Below, in pieces: positions 1 through 8,875 of a stretch of DNA of 64,000 nucleotides. Origin of the DNA: a virus; IMG/VR virus record IMGVR_UViG_3300033182_000538, positions 64,001 to 128,000 of that record, one strand, 5' to 3'. The position numbers and the translations under genes were made by a program. The stretch's first letter is position 1. Each line of letters begins with the position of its first letter. The notes below the pieces were generated by a model. It worked only from the letters and a program-made list of their open reading frames with translations, was not told the DNA's origin and did not search any database.

Positions 1-319
1 TCAATAAGGTTGCTAGAATCAAAGATATTACAGTTTTAGGAGTCATACCTTGATTAAACAAGGCTGACACCCCAATAGCGTAAATAATCATTCCGATTCC
101 AAATCCAATAAATCTGGCTGGCCAAAACATACCACCTAATCCATCGATGGTATATCTTGTAGCCCAAATGTAACAAAATGAAATAGGTACACCAAGTATG
201 GCAAGTATTAGTGAATTTTCTTTAGCCCAATCCCATTTGAATTGAGAGTTCAATTGTAAAAATACAGCGATGTGTCCTATAAAGAACCAAAAAATTCCTA
301 TGAGTAATCTAATATTCAT
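1..319 (-). CDS. Small multi-pass membrane protein (partial, runs off window start)
   Basis: Manually translated, not in ORF track: MNIRLLIGIFWFFIGHIAVFLQLNSQFKW...PISFCYIWAT...ARFIGFGIGMIIYAIGVSALF; several hydrophobic segments. Confidence 0.6.
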   Translation of the reverse strand, partial: MNIRLLIGIFWFFIGHIAVFLQLNSQFKWDWAKENSLILAILGVPISFCYIWATRYTIDGLGGMFWPARFIGFGIGMIIYAIGVSALFNQGMTPKTVISLILATLL

Positions 320-488
320 CATCATCAATAATTTCACCATCATCATATGCTTCGGTTGATGGTAGTCCCGAATAGTGACAATATTGTTCATACCAATATA
401 CATCATCCACAAAATCTTCGTGGTCTTCGTTAAGAGGGTCGTTCCCCTTCATCTTTTCGGATTCAATCCAGCGTTTAGTTAGACCCAT
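309..488 (-). CDS. Hypothetical acidic protein (59 aa)
   Basis: Manually translated MGLTKRWIESEK...CHYSGLPS...DDDEY; fills the gap and overlaps both neighbours. Confidence 0.55.
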   Translation of the reverse strand: MGLTKRWIESEKMKGNDPLNEDHEDFVDDVYWYEQYCHYSGLPSTEAYDDGEIIDDDEY

Positions 489-765
489 TGATTAACATTA
501 AAATTTCTTGTTCACGATACATATTGTACTTCTCACCATCCAACTTCATTTGGATGCCGGTGTTGGGGACAATTACTTTGTCACCTTCTTTAAGGTTCAT
601 TGGAATGAGTTTACCATTGGCTGTATAGATACCACTACCTATAGCGACTACTTCACCCTTCATCTGCTCTTTAGCATCCGATGGTTTGTATAGCCCACCT
701 TTAGTTTTCTCTTCTTCTTTGATTACTTTAACCAGTACATAATCGTTCAAAGGTTGATATTTCAT
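475..765 (-). CDS. groES: Co-chaperonin GroES (Cpn10)
   Basis: QPLNDYVLVK, mobile loop EEKTKGGLYKP, GEVVAIGSG, GDKVI, REQEIL; 96 aa. Confidence 0.95.
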   Translation of the reverse strand: MKYQPLNDYVLVKVIKEEEKTKGGLYKPSDAKEQMKGEVVAIGSGIYTANGKLIPMNLKEGDKVIVPNTGIQMKLDGEKYNMYREQEILMLINGSN

Positions 766-812
766 AACTTGTTTTCTTTTATTTTAAACTAATATACGAA
801 AAATATTTCGTA

Positions 813-1055
813 TTACAAAATTCTTTTTAATATTTCTATGAAATCCCAAATATCTGATGAGGTATTGAATTTTACTTCAGTATCCATTATCTCAACAAAG
901 ATACCATCTGAATCCCATTCATCGGATGCGTTTGATATAAGTGTTAACCCACCCAAGTCTAAATTGTAGTAGCACCAATCTTGTGGTGACCCACTACTTT
1001 CTGCGGTTTCATCGACCCTTTCGAATCCAAGGTCGATTAAATCTTGTTCGTTCAT
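813..1055 (-). CDS. Hypothetical phage protein
   Basis: ORF track; AAGGAGG upstream of ATG. Confidence 0.7.
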   Translation of the reverse strand: MNEQDLIDLGFERVDETAESSGSPQDWCYYNLDLGGLTLISNASDEWDSDGIFVEIMDTEVKFNTSSDIWDFIEILKRIL

Positions 1056-1068
1056 TATGTGTCCTCCT

Positions 1069-1269
1069 TTACCTAACTATACTAAAAGATACAATTCCAT
1101 CACAATTTGTACAAATTTTTGTGTCAATTCTTCCTCTAACACAAGAATCGTGCTCCCACAACTCTACTACGTTCTGAGAAGTACACTCACATTTGGAATC
1201 CGTACATTTCTTCCAACCATACTTTTTTAGGTTAGGATGTTTAGCCCACTCTTCCCTTAAATAAATCAT
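1069..1269 (-). CDS. Small Cys-rich, putative Zn-binding protein
   Basis: CTDSKC and CTNC pairs; start overlaps upstream stop (ATGA). Confidence 0.55.
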   Translation of the reverse strand: MIYLREEWAKHPNLKKYGWKKCTDSKCECTSQNVVELWEHDSCVRGRIDTKICTNCDGIVSFSIVR

Positions 1270-1619
1270 AGACTTACATTTTCAAAACCACCATTCTTTG
1301 GAACAGTGATTGCTTTAGCTCTGACTTCGTTAGGGGTTCTTTCACTATTGTTATTGATTAGGATTCTCTCGGCTCTCCCAACCCCCATCACAAGTTGGTG
1401 GAATGGAATACCTAACAAATCCATCTCTTGAATAGTGTCATCCCTTAGTTCTTCAGGTCTAGCAGTCGTTAAGACTATGTGGTGACCTTCTTTGAACCAT
1501 TGAGTCATCTTCTCTACAACGCCTGGCAAAGCCACACTTAGAAAAGGGTCTAACTCTTCGAATTTGACTTGATGTACTAATGTTCCATCAATGTCGGTGA
1601 AAATAGTTTTTGGTTTCAT
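1266..1619 (-). CDS. HAD-superfamily phosphatase (capless, PNKP phosphatase-like)
   Basis: Motif I FTDIDGTL, motif II LTTARP; motif IV region reads INNN rather than an acidic DD. Confidence 0.8.
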   Translation of the reverse strand: MKPKTIFTDIDGTLVHQVKFEELDPFLSVALPGVVEKMTQWFKEGHHIVLTTARPEELRDDTIQEMDLLGIPFHQLVMGVGRAERILINNNSERTPNEVRAKAITVPKNGGFENVSL

Positions 1620-1635
1620 ATTTTTAAATTATTAT

Positions 1636-1705
1636 CTCTCATTACAGTACTAATATACGAAAATATCTGTATATATCCAAATATTAATGTTAAGAAATTG
1701 TTAAG
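1636..1705 (-). promoter_or_regulatory. Extended early promoter repeat (TTAACA-N5-TTAACA + Bacteroidota -33/-7), copy 1
   Basis: Sense ttaacaatttcttaacattaataTTTGgatatatacagatattttcgTATATTAGtactgtaatgagag; related copies at 3629, 4127, 4450, 35958, 63809. Confidence 0.8.
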
Positions 1706-1707
1706 TT

Positions 1708-2355
1708 TTACCAATTTTCTTTGGCTTTTTGTTGGTCTGATTCTACCCAACTGAACAATCTTGTATCTTCAATATCGTGAAGAACTATTGTTTTATCAGT
1801 AACTCTATTATCATAGAAATATTCATAACCAAACAAAGCCACATCAGAATCACAATATTTAATGATTTCATCTGAAAACATTTTACACCCGTTTGCCCAA
1901 TAAATGTCGGTGTAAGTATCCAAACATACATTTACAATTCTTGAATTAGGAGCCGACCCATACACGGTACAATCAACTAATGTGTTGTTGTCTTGTGAGG
2001 GTTTCATACCTGAAAAGAATGTATGATTTGGATTTAGTTTGTCAAGAATTTTATCAAATGACTGAATTGGGTTACAATCCACATCAACGTAGATACCACC
2101 ATAGTCTCTCAACAATAGCAATCTAATCCTATCACAAATAAAAGCCCATTTATATAATTGAGGGTCTTTTGTATATTCTTTAAGAAACGGGTCATCCTTG
2201 TAAAGTTCCGTAAATACTTCGTTACCCCACAATTTATGCTCGTAATCAGGATTTACCAAAGACATTCTCTTGACAAATTCTTGACAATGTTTTGGCATTT
2301 CGTTGTCCCCAATCCACAACTGATGGATTATCTTGGGTATTTTTATTTCACTCAT
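1708..2355 (-). CDS. Glycosyltransferase family 32 (DXD, OCH1-like)
   Basis: IPKIIHQLWIG, CDRIRLLLLRDYGGIYVDVD. Confidence 0.9.
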   Translation of the reverse strand: MSEIKIPKIIHQLWIGDNEMPKHCQEFVKRMSLVNPDYEHKLWGNEVFTELYKDDPFLKEYTKDPQLYKWAFICDRIRLLLLRDYGGIYVDVDCNPIQSFDKILDKLNPNHTFFSGMKPSQDNNTLVDCTVYGSAPNSRIVNVCLDTYTDIYWANGCKMFSDEIIKYCDSDVALFGYEYFYDNRVTDKTIVLHDIEDTRLFSWVESDQQKAKENW

Positions 2356-2390
2356 ATCAACTTGTTTCGTATAAATATGTTTTTTTAAAG

Positions 2391-2579
2391 TTAGTAAGAC
2401 AAGTGACTTAACTTTGTACCAAGTCTTTTCATATGTTTACAAGGAGTATATCTACTAAACTCTCTAGCTTTACACTCACAATCTACAATTCTATAATCTT
2501 CTACCGTAACATTGTAATAAGACAACTTACCTGTCTTTTTGTTACGAGACCCCATTTCTCTATACTGCCACCTTTTCAT
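2391..2579 (-). CDS. SWIM zinc-finger protein (62 aa)
   Basis: CECKA...PCKH (CxC-xn-CxH); start reassigned to MKRWQY at 2579. Confidence 0.75.
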   Translation of the reverse strand: MKRWQYREMGSRNKKTGKLSYYNVTVEDYRIVDCECKAREFSRYTPCKHMKRLGTKLSHLSY

Positions 2580-2898
2580 TTTGTTTCTGAATTTTTTCAA
2601 GTTCCACTTCCAACCCACCGACTTTATCGGGAGCACTCCATTGAATCTCGTGACCAAGATACTCAAACTTCTCAGCTATCGTATTTTGTTTCTCTAAAAC
2701 AACCTTGATAGCAGCCTCCAAATCGGCTGTATCAGCGTACATAATCTCATCCGAATCAATCGGCATCAGAAAATAGTGGCCACCTTTCGGTTTCCAGTAA
2801 GGAACTTCACCGAACCCCTCAGGTCCGACATTATAGTTCTCGTAATACTGACACTCTACTAATAGATTAACCTTCATTTTTGACAAGTTTAAATTCAA
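2560..2898 (-). CDS. Hypothetical phage protein
   Basis: ORF track; QYYENY...YWKPKGG; true start probably MKVNLL. Confidence 0.7.
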   Translation of the reverse strand: MNLNLSKMKVNLLVECQYYENYNVGPEGFGEVPYWKPKGGHYFLMPIDSDEIMYADTADLEAAIKVVLEKQNTIAEKFEYLGHEIQWSAPDKVGGLEVELEKIQKQNEKVAV

Positions 2899-3061
2899 TA
2901 CTCATAAATCCCCCAACCCCAATTAGAAAGGACATAAAACAAAAGAACATCTCATTCAATGGGTCATCGAATTTAATTACTTCTTGAACGTGGCCGGTCA
3001 TTGTACCAATACCGATAACAATTCCGAGAATACCAACTAAAATAGATTTGAAATTATTCAT
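2867..3061 (-). CDS. Small two-TM membrane protein
   Basis: Two hydrophobic stretches ILVGILGIVIGIG and FFCFMSFLIGVGGF. Confidence 0.6.
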   Translation of the reverse strand: MNNFKSILVGILGIVIGIGTMTGHVQEVIKFDDPLNEMFFCFMSFLIGVGGFMSIEFKLVKNEG

Positions 3062-3062
3062 A

Positions 3063-3635
3063 TTACTTGTTTAGGATTAGACTAGCTTTTTGAATCACTT
3101 TTTGATTAGAAAGATATTTCGTAGTGTCCTCAAGAGTTCTACCAATGTTCTTTACTTCATTAACAATCCACTCAACAGTTCCGAACTGAGGTCTATTGTT
3201 TACCATAACGTATTTACAATTACCTTCAAGGTCATTACCATTGTCAGTTTTGTAATTTGCATCTTCGTGTTCGTACATATCAATCATACCATTGAAACTT
3301 CCGTACTTCCACAACTGAACAAAGTTTTTGATTGTGTTGTAATCTTCGGTAGGAATCTCACTACCATCTTGGTTAGTGACATAGACATCAAGTGAGTTAC
3401 CCCCACTAAACCAACTAGCTTTGACCTTACAAAGGTAGTTTTTGTTGAGGTTCTTTACGAATTGTTTAGTCATTTGACCAGCCTCAGTTGGGCCGATGGA
3501 AAGGTATTTTTTACCTTTGTTATCACCCCAAGTATATTCTCTTAGAGCGGTCTTTCTTACTTTGTAAGTCACACCTTGGAAACTTACTTCAATGTTTGGA
3601 TTTTGTTTTTTCATATCTTTATTATTAACTCTCAA
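3063..3635 (-). CDS. LPD29-like (large polyvalent protein-associated) domain protein
   Basis: SWFSGGNSLDVY...YGSFNGMIDMY recalls the LPD29 pattern; true start probably MKKQNP (3614), downstream of the promoter repeat. Confidence 0.55.
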   Translation of the reverse strand: MRVNNKDMKKQNPNIEVSFQGVTYKVRKTALREYTWGDNKGKKYLSIGPTEAGQMTKQFVKNLNKNYLCKVKASWFSGGNSLDVYVTNQDGSEIPTEDYNTIKNFVQLWKYGSFNGMIDMYEHEDANYKTDNGNDLEGNCKYVMVNNRPQFGTVEWIVNEVKNIGRTLEDTTKYLSNQKVIQKASLILNK

Positions 3636-3700
3636 TCTTACAGTACTAAAGTACGGATAATATTTGAATTATCCAAACTTTTAATGTTAAGAAATTGTTA
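3629..3700 (-). promoter_or_regulatory. Extended early promoter repeat, copy 2
   Basis: Sense ttaacaatttcttaacattaaaagTTTGgataattcaaatattatccgTACTTTAGtactgtaagattgagag. Confidence 0.8.
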
Positions 3701-3934
3701 AGCTTTCATCCACATTTCGTAGATGGTAGTGTAACTTAATCGGAGTTGTTTTGCCAATTCTTCAAACACTCGTTCTCTGATAATGCTATCAAATACTCCA
3801 AGAAAGTCGTACACATCAGTACGAGGTTTAGTTTGTAACATCCAAAGTAACCCAATGAAAGTTACATCCTCATTAATCTCATTACCCAACTCATCACTTG
3901 GGTAGTTCTTCAAATAAAACTCTTTAATTGTCAT
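3698..3934 (-). CDS. Hypothetical phage early protein
   Basis: ORF track; YPSDELG...DSIIRERVF. Confidence 0.7.
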   Translation of the reverse strand: MTIKEFYLKNYPSDELGNEINEDVTFIGLLWMLQTKPRTDVYDFLGVFDSIIRERVFEELAKQLRLSYTTIYEMWMKA

Positions 3935-3939
3935 AACTC

Positions 3940-4119
3940 TTATTTTAAAACTCCAATTACTTTACCCAGCGTAACGAAGTCTTTATTGGACAATGCCTTT
4001 ACCCAATCCGCATCCACATCATCTATGTGAACACCATTGTCAAGGCCATCAAACTTTGCGTGAACTAACATTGTCTTTGTGTCAATCACACTTCCTACTG
4101 AACTTAAATCTACTAACAT
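3940..4119 (-). CDS. Hypothetical protein (59 aa)
   Basis: Manually translated MLVDLSSVGSVIDTKTMLVHAKFDG...; directly downstream of a promoter repeat. Confidence 0.6.
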   Translation of the reverse strand: MLVDLSSVGSVIDTKTMLVHAKFDGLDNGVHIDDVDADWVKALSNKDFVTLGKVIGVLK

Positions 4120-4126
4120 AACTTAT

Positions 4127-4201
4127 CTCTCTTATTATTACATTATAAATGTAGTGAATAATTTTGTGAATTCCAAACTTTTAATGTTAAATTTGTGTTA
4201 A
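4127..4201 (-). promoter_or_regulatory. Extended early promoter repeat, copy 3 (divergent)
   Basis: Sense ttaacacaaatttaacattaaaagTTTGgaattcacaaaattattcacTACATTTA. Confidence 0.65.
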
Positions 4202-4449
4202 ACTTTTCCCATATTCATTGTATGGATACCTAACTCACGATTAAGGGCCCGAGTCTCGGCGTTGTCTAACATATGAGTTGGAACGATGTAAGACTCGTAT
4301 CGTGAATTGGTTCTGACAATATCAAGTTTACCTATCGTGTAAAGGTACTTATGGTCGTAGTAATGTTGAACCTCCTTCTCACGATATATCTTATTTTCTT
4401 CAGCGATATCTTGGAGGGCCATTTGTTGAACTGACATCTTGTTTTTCAT
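4198..4449 (-). CDS. Hypothetical phage early protein
   Basis: ORF track; flanked by promoter repeats. Confidence 0.7.
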   Translation of the reverse strand: MKNKMSVQQMALQDIAEENKIYREKEVQHYYDHKYLYTIGKLDIVRTNSRYESYIVPTHMLDNAETRALNRELGIHTMNMGKV

Positions 4450-4524
4450 CTCTCTTAATCTTACAGTACTAATGTAAGGAATAAGTTTGAGATATCCAAA
4501 TTTTAAATGTTAAATTTATGTTAA
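4450..4524 (-). promoter_or_regulatory. Extended early promoter repeat, copy 4
   Basis: Sense ttaacataaatttaacatttaaaaTTTGgatatctcaaacttattcctTACATTAGtactgtaagattaagagag. Confidence 0.8.
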
Positions 4525-5147
4525 AGTTTTCGTAGTGGAAACAAGGGCTGTTTGGGTTTAGAATCCCATAAATGGTCATAATTATCCCACTTACCATACC
4601 CTAACTTATCATAGTCAACTTTAAATCGTTTGTAAACCGCTTCTCTTAATTGCTCTTCATCCCAATTATATCCTTTAGGAATATATGTTCTTCCAACTGA
4701 TGGGACATCTAATACATAATCATCTGGCATAAATGGTAATAACCGAATGTCATCTTGTATCGTTTCAGCGTGAATAATATAATCTATTCGTGGATTTGTA
4801 TTTATTGATATCCCATATGAAGTCCAAGCTTGAAACCAATCATTGTTCATTTCAAGTATGGCTGTTAATGGGTCAACATTAACTCTTTTTAATTCATTTC
4901 TATCATTTTGAGCATACTTCCAATATGATAACCATCGATAATACGGGTGTCTTACTAAAGTAATGTGTAAGTAATCATCTTCGGCTTCTTCAGGCCAAAG
5001 ATTAGCGTGAGTAAAATCCGATGGGTGGTCTTCACTTGGCCAATGTGGGTTGAGGTCGCAGTGTTTTTTGAAAATGTCTCTGACAGTTCTACTACCCACT
5101 TTAGGAGGGGCTGTCCATACAAATCTATTTTTGTGACTTATATTCAC
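4521..5147 (-). CDS. Sulfotransferase (Sulfotransfer_2-like)
   Basis: 5'-PSB loop PPKVGSRTV, 3'-PB VRHPYYRWLSYW, C-terminal YKRFKVDYDKLGY. Confidence 0.8.
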   Translation of the reverse strand: MNISHKNRFVWTAPPKVGSRTVRDIFKKHCDLNPHWPSEDHPSDFTHANLWPEEAEDDYLHITLVRHPYYRWLSYWKYAQNDRNELKRVNVDPLTAILEMNNDWFQAWTSYGISINTNPRIDYIIHAETIQDDIRLLPFMPDDYVLDVPSVGRTYIPKGYNWDEEQLREAVYKRFKVDYDKLGYGKWDNYDHLWDSKPKQPLFPLRKL

Positions 5148-5731
5148 TACTTTTCAGTATCAAAAAAGAATGTTTGAAATAATCTACCATCAAGTAGACC
5201 TTGACCAAAATAGTCCATAGACATATGAAAGTGGTCACCTCTATATAATACAAGTCTATTGTATTTGTTTGCTAATCTATCTACCAACTCCCATTTAGTC
5301 ATATCTTGAGAGTCATTATAGATTTCAGATAGTAACTCATTATTGTATGACCCATCTTCATTTTTTGGAGCCATAGTAAGTCCTGTTGGTTTGTGTCTAA
5401 ATAAACCAGTCCCACTACTTAAAGGTGCATCGGGTGTCAAATAACAAACTCCCGCCCACTTTGTAGTTTGGTCTGCGTGAATCCAACTTCTATCTCGTGA
5501 AGTTGTGTATTGGTAAGCGCCGGTGTATTGTTCATCTGACCAATAAGTTACACTACCATAAAATGGTTTTACTACATTTTCGATTGTACCTTTTATTGAA
5601 TCATTTAAAAACGAAGTAGTTCGTGGGCCTGGATAATTTCCACGAACTGAAAAGTCTTGTTCTAACGCTTGTTCTCTGACTGAATCTACATCTGAGTAGA
5701 AATCATCAATAATATACGCTGATATTTGCAT
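5147..5731 (-). CDS. 2OG-Fe(II) oxygenase-like protein (DUF6445-like)
   Basis: IIDDFY, NYPGPRT, WIHAD (HxD), YNRLVLYRG..FH, RLFQTFF. Confidence 0.8.
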   Translation of the reverse strand: MQISAYIIDDFYSDVDSVREQALEQDFSVRGNYPGPRTTSFLNDSIKGTIENVVKPFYGSVTYWSDEQYTGAYQYTTSRDRSWIHADQTTKWAGVCYLTPDAPLSSGTGLFRHKPTGLTMAPKNEDGSYNNELLSEIYNDSQDMTKWELVDRLANKYNRLVLYRGDHFHMSMDYFGQGLLDGRLFQTFFFDTEK

Positions 5732-5734
5732 AAC

Positions 5735-5878
5735 TTAGATTGTTCTATATCTTCTTTTGTTGTTTAGTTTAAGTCTATACGACTTACCCATATAACTTTT
5801 TGATTGTACTCTATCGTTAAAATCGTTTCTAATGGTATTTAATTGTGTATTACCATTTTCTTGATTATTATTATTCAT
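5735..5878 (-). CDS. Small basic hypothetical protein (47 aa)
   Basis: Manually translated MNNNNQENGNTQLNTIRNDFNDRV...KRRYRTI; exactly fills the gap. Confidence 0.55.
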   Translation of the reverse strand: MNNNNQENGNTQLNTIRNDFNDRVQSKSYMGKSYRLKLNNKRRYRTI

Positions 5879-5879
5879 A

Positions 5880-6809
5880 TTACATATTTTTAGTGATAAC
5901 ATCAGGTGCGTTATCTTTCACCCATTGGAACAACTTGTCCTTCCAAACCTTCTCAGGTAGAATTCCACTACCAGCCTTTTTAACTGGTAATGATAAGAAT
6001 CCTTTTGCTATACCTTTTACACTTTTACCTTCAGCGTCTTTGTAGAATACTGTATGTTGTGGGTTATTAAGAATAACATCAACTCTACCATTCATACCCT
6101 TTGGTAATGCTCTTGTTACTAAAGACCAAACCGTGTTAGCAGCACCTTCGTGAGTTTTCAATAGAATATCTTCAGGCACCATTCTTTCACGACCTTTGTT
6201 ATTTTCCATAGCAGTTACATAATTCGTAAGAATCCAAGTAAGGTGAATATTCTTTGAATCATATCCTGCTTTTTTCAACTGAGGAAGTACATCAGTAACA
6301 TCTGATAAATCCTTAGCCGTGATATCAAACATAATGTTAGGTAATGTATCAGGATTATCTTTTCCTTTTAACAAATACATTAAAGAGTTATCCTTGATAC
6401 CCATAGCTTTTACTAAGTTATGTAAAACACTAACGTGGTCAGGATTCTTTAGATTTAAGTTACGAAGAGTTTGTTTAATACCAGTTGGAGTTTCCGAATT
6501 GAATACCTTTTGTACAAGTTTCATATCTTTTGGTTTAATGTTTTTACCATATTTTCTAATAATAGTACCAACATCAATTTTACCCAAACGATTCAATCTC
6601 TGAAGTTGTTTCTTTATTTTATCAACATCACGAACTTTGAATCCGGCGGAATCCAAGAAGTGTGACCCTGCGAATCCTTTACCAGAACCAGCACCACCAG
6701 CCAAGAATACCACTTGACCATAAGGTTTTCTATTACCATAAGTAATCAACTTTTCATCAAGTTGTTCTTCATTGATTACTTCCATTATTAATTTTTTAAT
6801 AAAATTCAT
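5880..6809 (-). CDS. P-loop kinase (zeta-toxin/AAA_33-like), probable head-cargo protein
   Basis: Walker A LAGGAGSGKGF, IMFDITA, lid NKGRERMVPEDILLKTH; N-terminal KKLIMEVINEEQLDE leader. Confidence 0.75.
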   Translation of the reverse strand: MNFIKKLIMEVINEEQLDEKLITYGNRKPYGQVVFLAGGAGSGKGFAGSHFLDSAGFKVRDVDKIKKQLQRLNRLGKIDVGTIIRKYGKNIKPKDMKLVQKVFNSETPTGIKQTLRNLNLKNPDHVSVLHNLVKAMGIKDNSLMYLLKGKDNPDTLPNIMFDITAKDLSDVTDVLPQLKKAGYDSKNIHLTWILTNYVTAMENNKGRERMVPEDILLKTHEGAANTVWSLVTRALPKGMNGRVDVILNNPQHTVFYKDAEGKSVKGIAKGFLSLPVKKAGSGILPEKVWKDKLFQWVKDNAPDVITKNM

Positions 6810-6810
6810 A

Positions 6811-6984
6811 TTACTCCTTCGACCTGTATGGGAACATACGATTTAGCTTTTCTCTACGCTTATTACAACCACAGTCTTCTTTACCAGCAACCTCAGCAAT
6901 TTTTTCTGCTAGTTTATCTAATTTAGTAGCTGATGTGATTTTAGCGACTGTGTCACCTAATCCTTTTGATTTGTTGTTACTCAT
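6811..6984 (-). CDS. Small CGC-motif phage protein (57 aa)
   Basis: Manually translated MSNNKSKGLGDTVAKIT...EDCGCNKRREKLNRMFPY. Confidence 0.7.
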   Translation of the reverse strand: MSNNKSKGLGDTVAKITSATKLDKLAEKIAEVAGKEDCGCNKRREKLNRMFPYRSKE

Positions 6985-7204
6985 ATTCAGTTCTAAGCTC
7001 TACATTAAATCCATATTCTCTAAAAACTTCATATAATTCCTCAGCAGTAGGGCCTTCGTATATCCTACACTCACCTGATGTGTGAACTATATTAGCGATA
7101 GACATCCCTTGAGTGGTAGGATATGATAGATACTTTCTACACATAGATACTACCTCATCAAAAGAGTGTACGTTATCATTTAATAAATATAGTGATGCTT
7201 TCAT
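6977..7204 (-). CDS. clpS: ClpS-like N-end-rule adaptor
   Basis: LYLLNDNVHSFDEVV matches ClpS V.L.NDD.H.F.EV; ANIVHTSG matches A..VH..G. Confidence 0.75.
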   Translation of the reverse strand: MKASLYLLNDNVHSFDEVVSMCRKYLSYPTTQGMSIANIVHTSGECRIYEGPTAEELYEVFREYGFNVELRTEYE

Positions 7205-7392
7205 TAAAGGTCAAAATATATAACTTGTTTAATATTGTACTCTGATTTAAAGGTTTGTATACGCTCGGCTAACTCCGATTCTTTACAAACCTCTGCTTTT
7301 ACATTTATACCATCTTCGGTTTGGACATATATTAGTCGGTCACCTTTTAAACTCTTTACTTCTTCATCGAGTCTTTTTATTATCAGATTCAT
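7204..7392 (-). CDS. Hypothetical protein
   Basis: ORF track; overlaps neighbours in operon fashion. Confidence 0.55.
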   Translation of the reverse strand: MNLIIKRLDEEVKSLKGDRLIYVQTEDGINVKAEVCKESELAERIQTFKSEYNIKQVIYFDL

Positions 7393-7579
7393 TGTTATTC
7401 TCCAATGTACTCATAAGTTCAACAATATGTTGACACTTTTTGTAGTCTTCTATCGTTTCATAGTAGTCTAACATTTTTTTCAAAACACGTTTTTTAGTAG
7501 ATAAATCGACCATCTCAGGATTATACAATAAAATATCGTATACTTCATCGATAGCCTTATCTATGTACTCTTCACTCAT
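7364..7579 (-). CDS. UVR-like helical hairpin protein
   Basis: YYETIEDYKKCQHI resembles the UvrB/UvrC E.YE.AA.I motif. Confidence 0.5.
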   Translation of the reverse strand: MSEEYIDKAIDEVYDILLYNPEMVDLSTKKRVLKKMLDYYETIEDYKKCQHIVELMSTLENNNESDNKKTR

Positions 7580-7617
7580 AAATATATTTTGGAAAATTAA
7601 TAAAAACTAATTTTTGA

Positions 7618-7992
7618 TTATTTTAATGCTTCTGATAGAATCCAACCTAACAAACCAATGATACCGCTGAAAAGAACCCATAATGCTCTACTTACACCAG
7701 ATTTCCAATCTTGTAACTTTTCTATCTCAGTTTCTAACTCAAGAATTCGTTCGTTACTACCTTCAGAAGCTTCTCTATGTTCTGTGTTTTTATTTACACG
7801 AACGATTACACCATTTTCTGGATTAAGTAATGTATACTTAATATCGGACATATCTTCTTTTAAATCGTGATACACATTCTTGATTTCAGTAATATCACTT
7901 TCCATTCGTTTCAACTCACCATTTGGGAGTTTAGTTTTCATTACTGATAACTCATTAAGAATATTTTCTAATATGTCTTTTTGTGTAGCCAT
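7618..7992 (-). CDS. Coiled-coil protein with C-terminal TM anchor
   Basis: Heptad-rich, LPNGEL and PENGVIVRVNKNT, C-terminal ALWVLFSGIIGLLGWIL; start reassigned to MATQK (AGAGG upstream). Confidence 0.7.
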   Translation of the reverse strand: MATQKDILENILNELSVMKTKLPNGELKRMESDITEIKNVYHDLKEDMSDIKYTLLNPENGVIVRVNKNTEHREASEGSNERILELETEIEKLQDWKSGVSRALWVLFSGIIGLLGWILSEALK

Positions 7993-8009
7993 TTTAAATC
8001 CTCTTAGTA

Positions 8010-8276
8010 CTATGTCCAAATAGCGGATGCGATTGATTGTACTAACGAGTTTTCACCAGAGACATCAGTAGCATCACCATTATCTTCAACAAATCTATAA
8101 ATAAATCTATGAATTTTATTTTCTACTGGTAAATCATTATCAGAAACATCATCAATTGTAACCTTTTCGTGAATGAGAATATAAGGATGAGCTATATTCA
8201 TACCAGCGTCACCATCAGGGTCTTCTGCTAAATATACATCAGCGTGTAAAAAGTCGATTGTTTTTGTTATTGCCAT
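8010..8276 (-). CDS. Small acidic protein, probably virion-associated
   Basis: MAITKT start, DVSGENSLVQSIASAIWT end; late-type motif upstream. Confidence 0.55.
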   Translation of the reverse strand: MAITKTIDFLHADVYLAEDPDGDAGMNIAHPYILIHEKVTIDDVSDNDLPVENKIHRFIYRFVEDNGDATDVSGENSLVQSIASAIWT

Positions 8277-8304
8277 AATTTATAAATTTATATACTAATA
8301 AGTA

Positions 8305-8874
8305 TTACAAACATTCCAAGAACGTATCGGAAATATAATTTTCTAATAGTTCTTTCTTTTCATTAGAATTTAAGTGTTCAACGGTTAGAACCGATTTGAT
8401 TCTAACATTAGGATATTTCTTTTGTAGACTAGCAACTGCTCTTACATTTTTGATTGAGTCATCCATAAATGCAATATCAGTATATCCCTTTGAAATATGT
8501 TTTTCAATCCAACGAGCTTTATCCATTGGGTCGTTAGAACCAAGAGTTACAGGATAAACATTCAACCCATACTCATCTTTGAAGAATTTTCTGATAGGGA
8601 ATCCTAACTTCCTTGCAGTTAGAATAGTCACCTTCTTTTGTGGATTCTTCAACATTCGTTGGAGTAGTTTGAAGTTCTTCTTGATGACTTGTGGATTATT
8701 TAACATACGATTAAAGTCTCTGAAATCGTACTCATCACCTGGCTTTTCATTATACTTTGCGTATTCTTCTGGTGAAAGGGCAGTCTCAGTCCCATCTTTG
8801 TGTTTTACATAGATGTACGATGCAGTCGTTGCCAACGTGTCATCAAAATCAAATACTCTTAATACTCTAGCCAT
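8305..8874 (-). CDS. HAD-superfamily phosphatase (RNA-repair/PNKP-like)
   Basis: VFDFDDTL, ILTAR, K, FMDDSIKN. Confidence 0.85.
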   Translation of the reverse strand: MARVLRVFDFDDTLATTASYIYVKHKDGTETALSPEEYAKYNEKPGDEYDFRDFNRMLNNPQVIKKNFKLLQRMLKNPQKKVTILTARKLGFPIRKFFKDEYGLNVYPVTLGSNDPMDKARWIEKHISKGYTDIAFMDDSIKNVRAVASLQKKYPNVRIKSVLTVEHLNSNEKKELLENYISDTFLECL

Positions 8875-8875
8875 A

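Noticed and set aside
1636-4524. CRISPR array or transposon ends from the repeated intergenic sequence
   Set aside because: Copies are separated by whole genes, are degenerate in the middle and match promoter architecture; the Cas4-like gene is a solo phage exonuclease with no cas1/cas2
5880-6809. Zeta toxin of a toxin-antitoxin pair
   Set aside because: Only a generic P-loop kinase signature; no epsilon-like partner recognised and the substrate cannot be assigned
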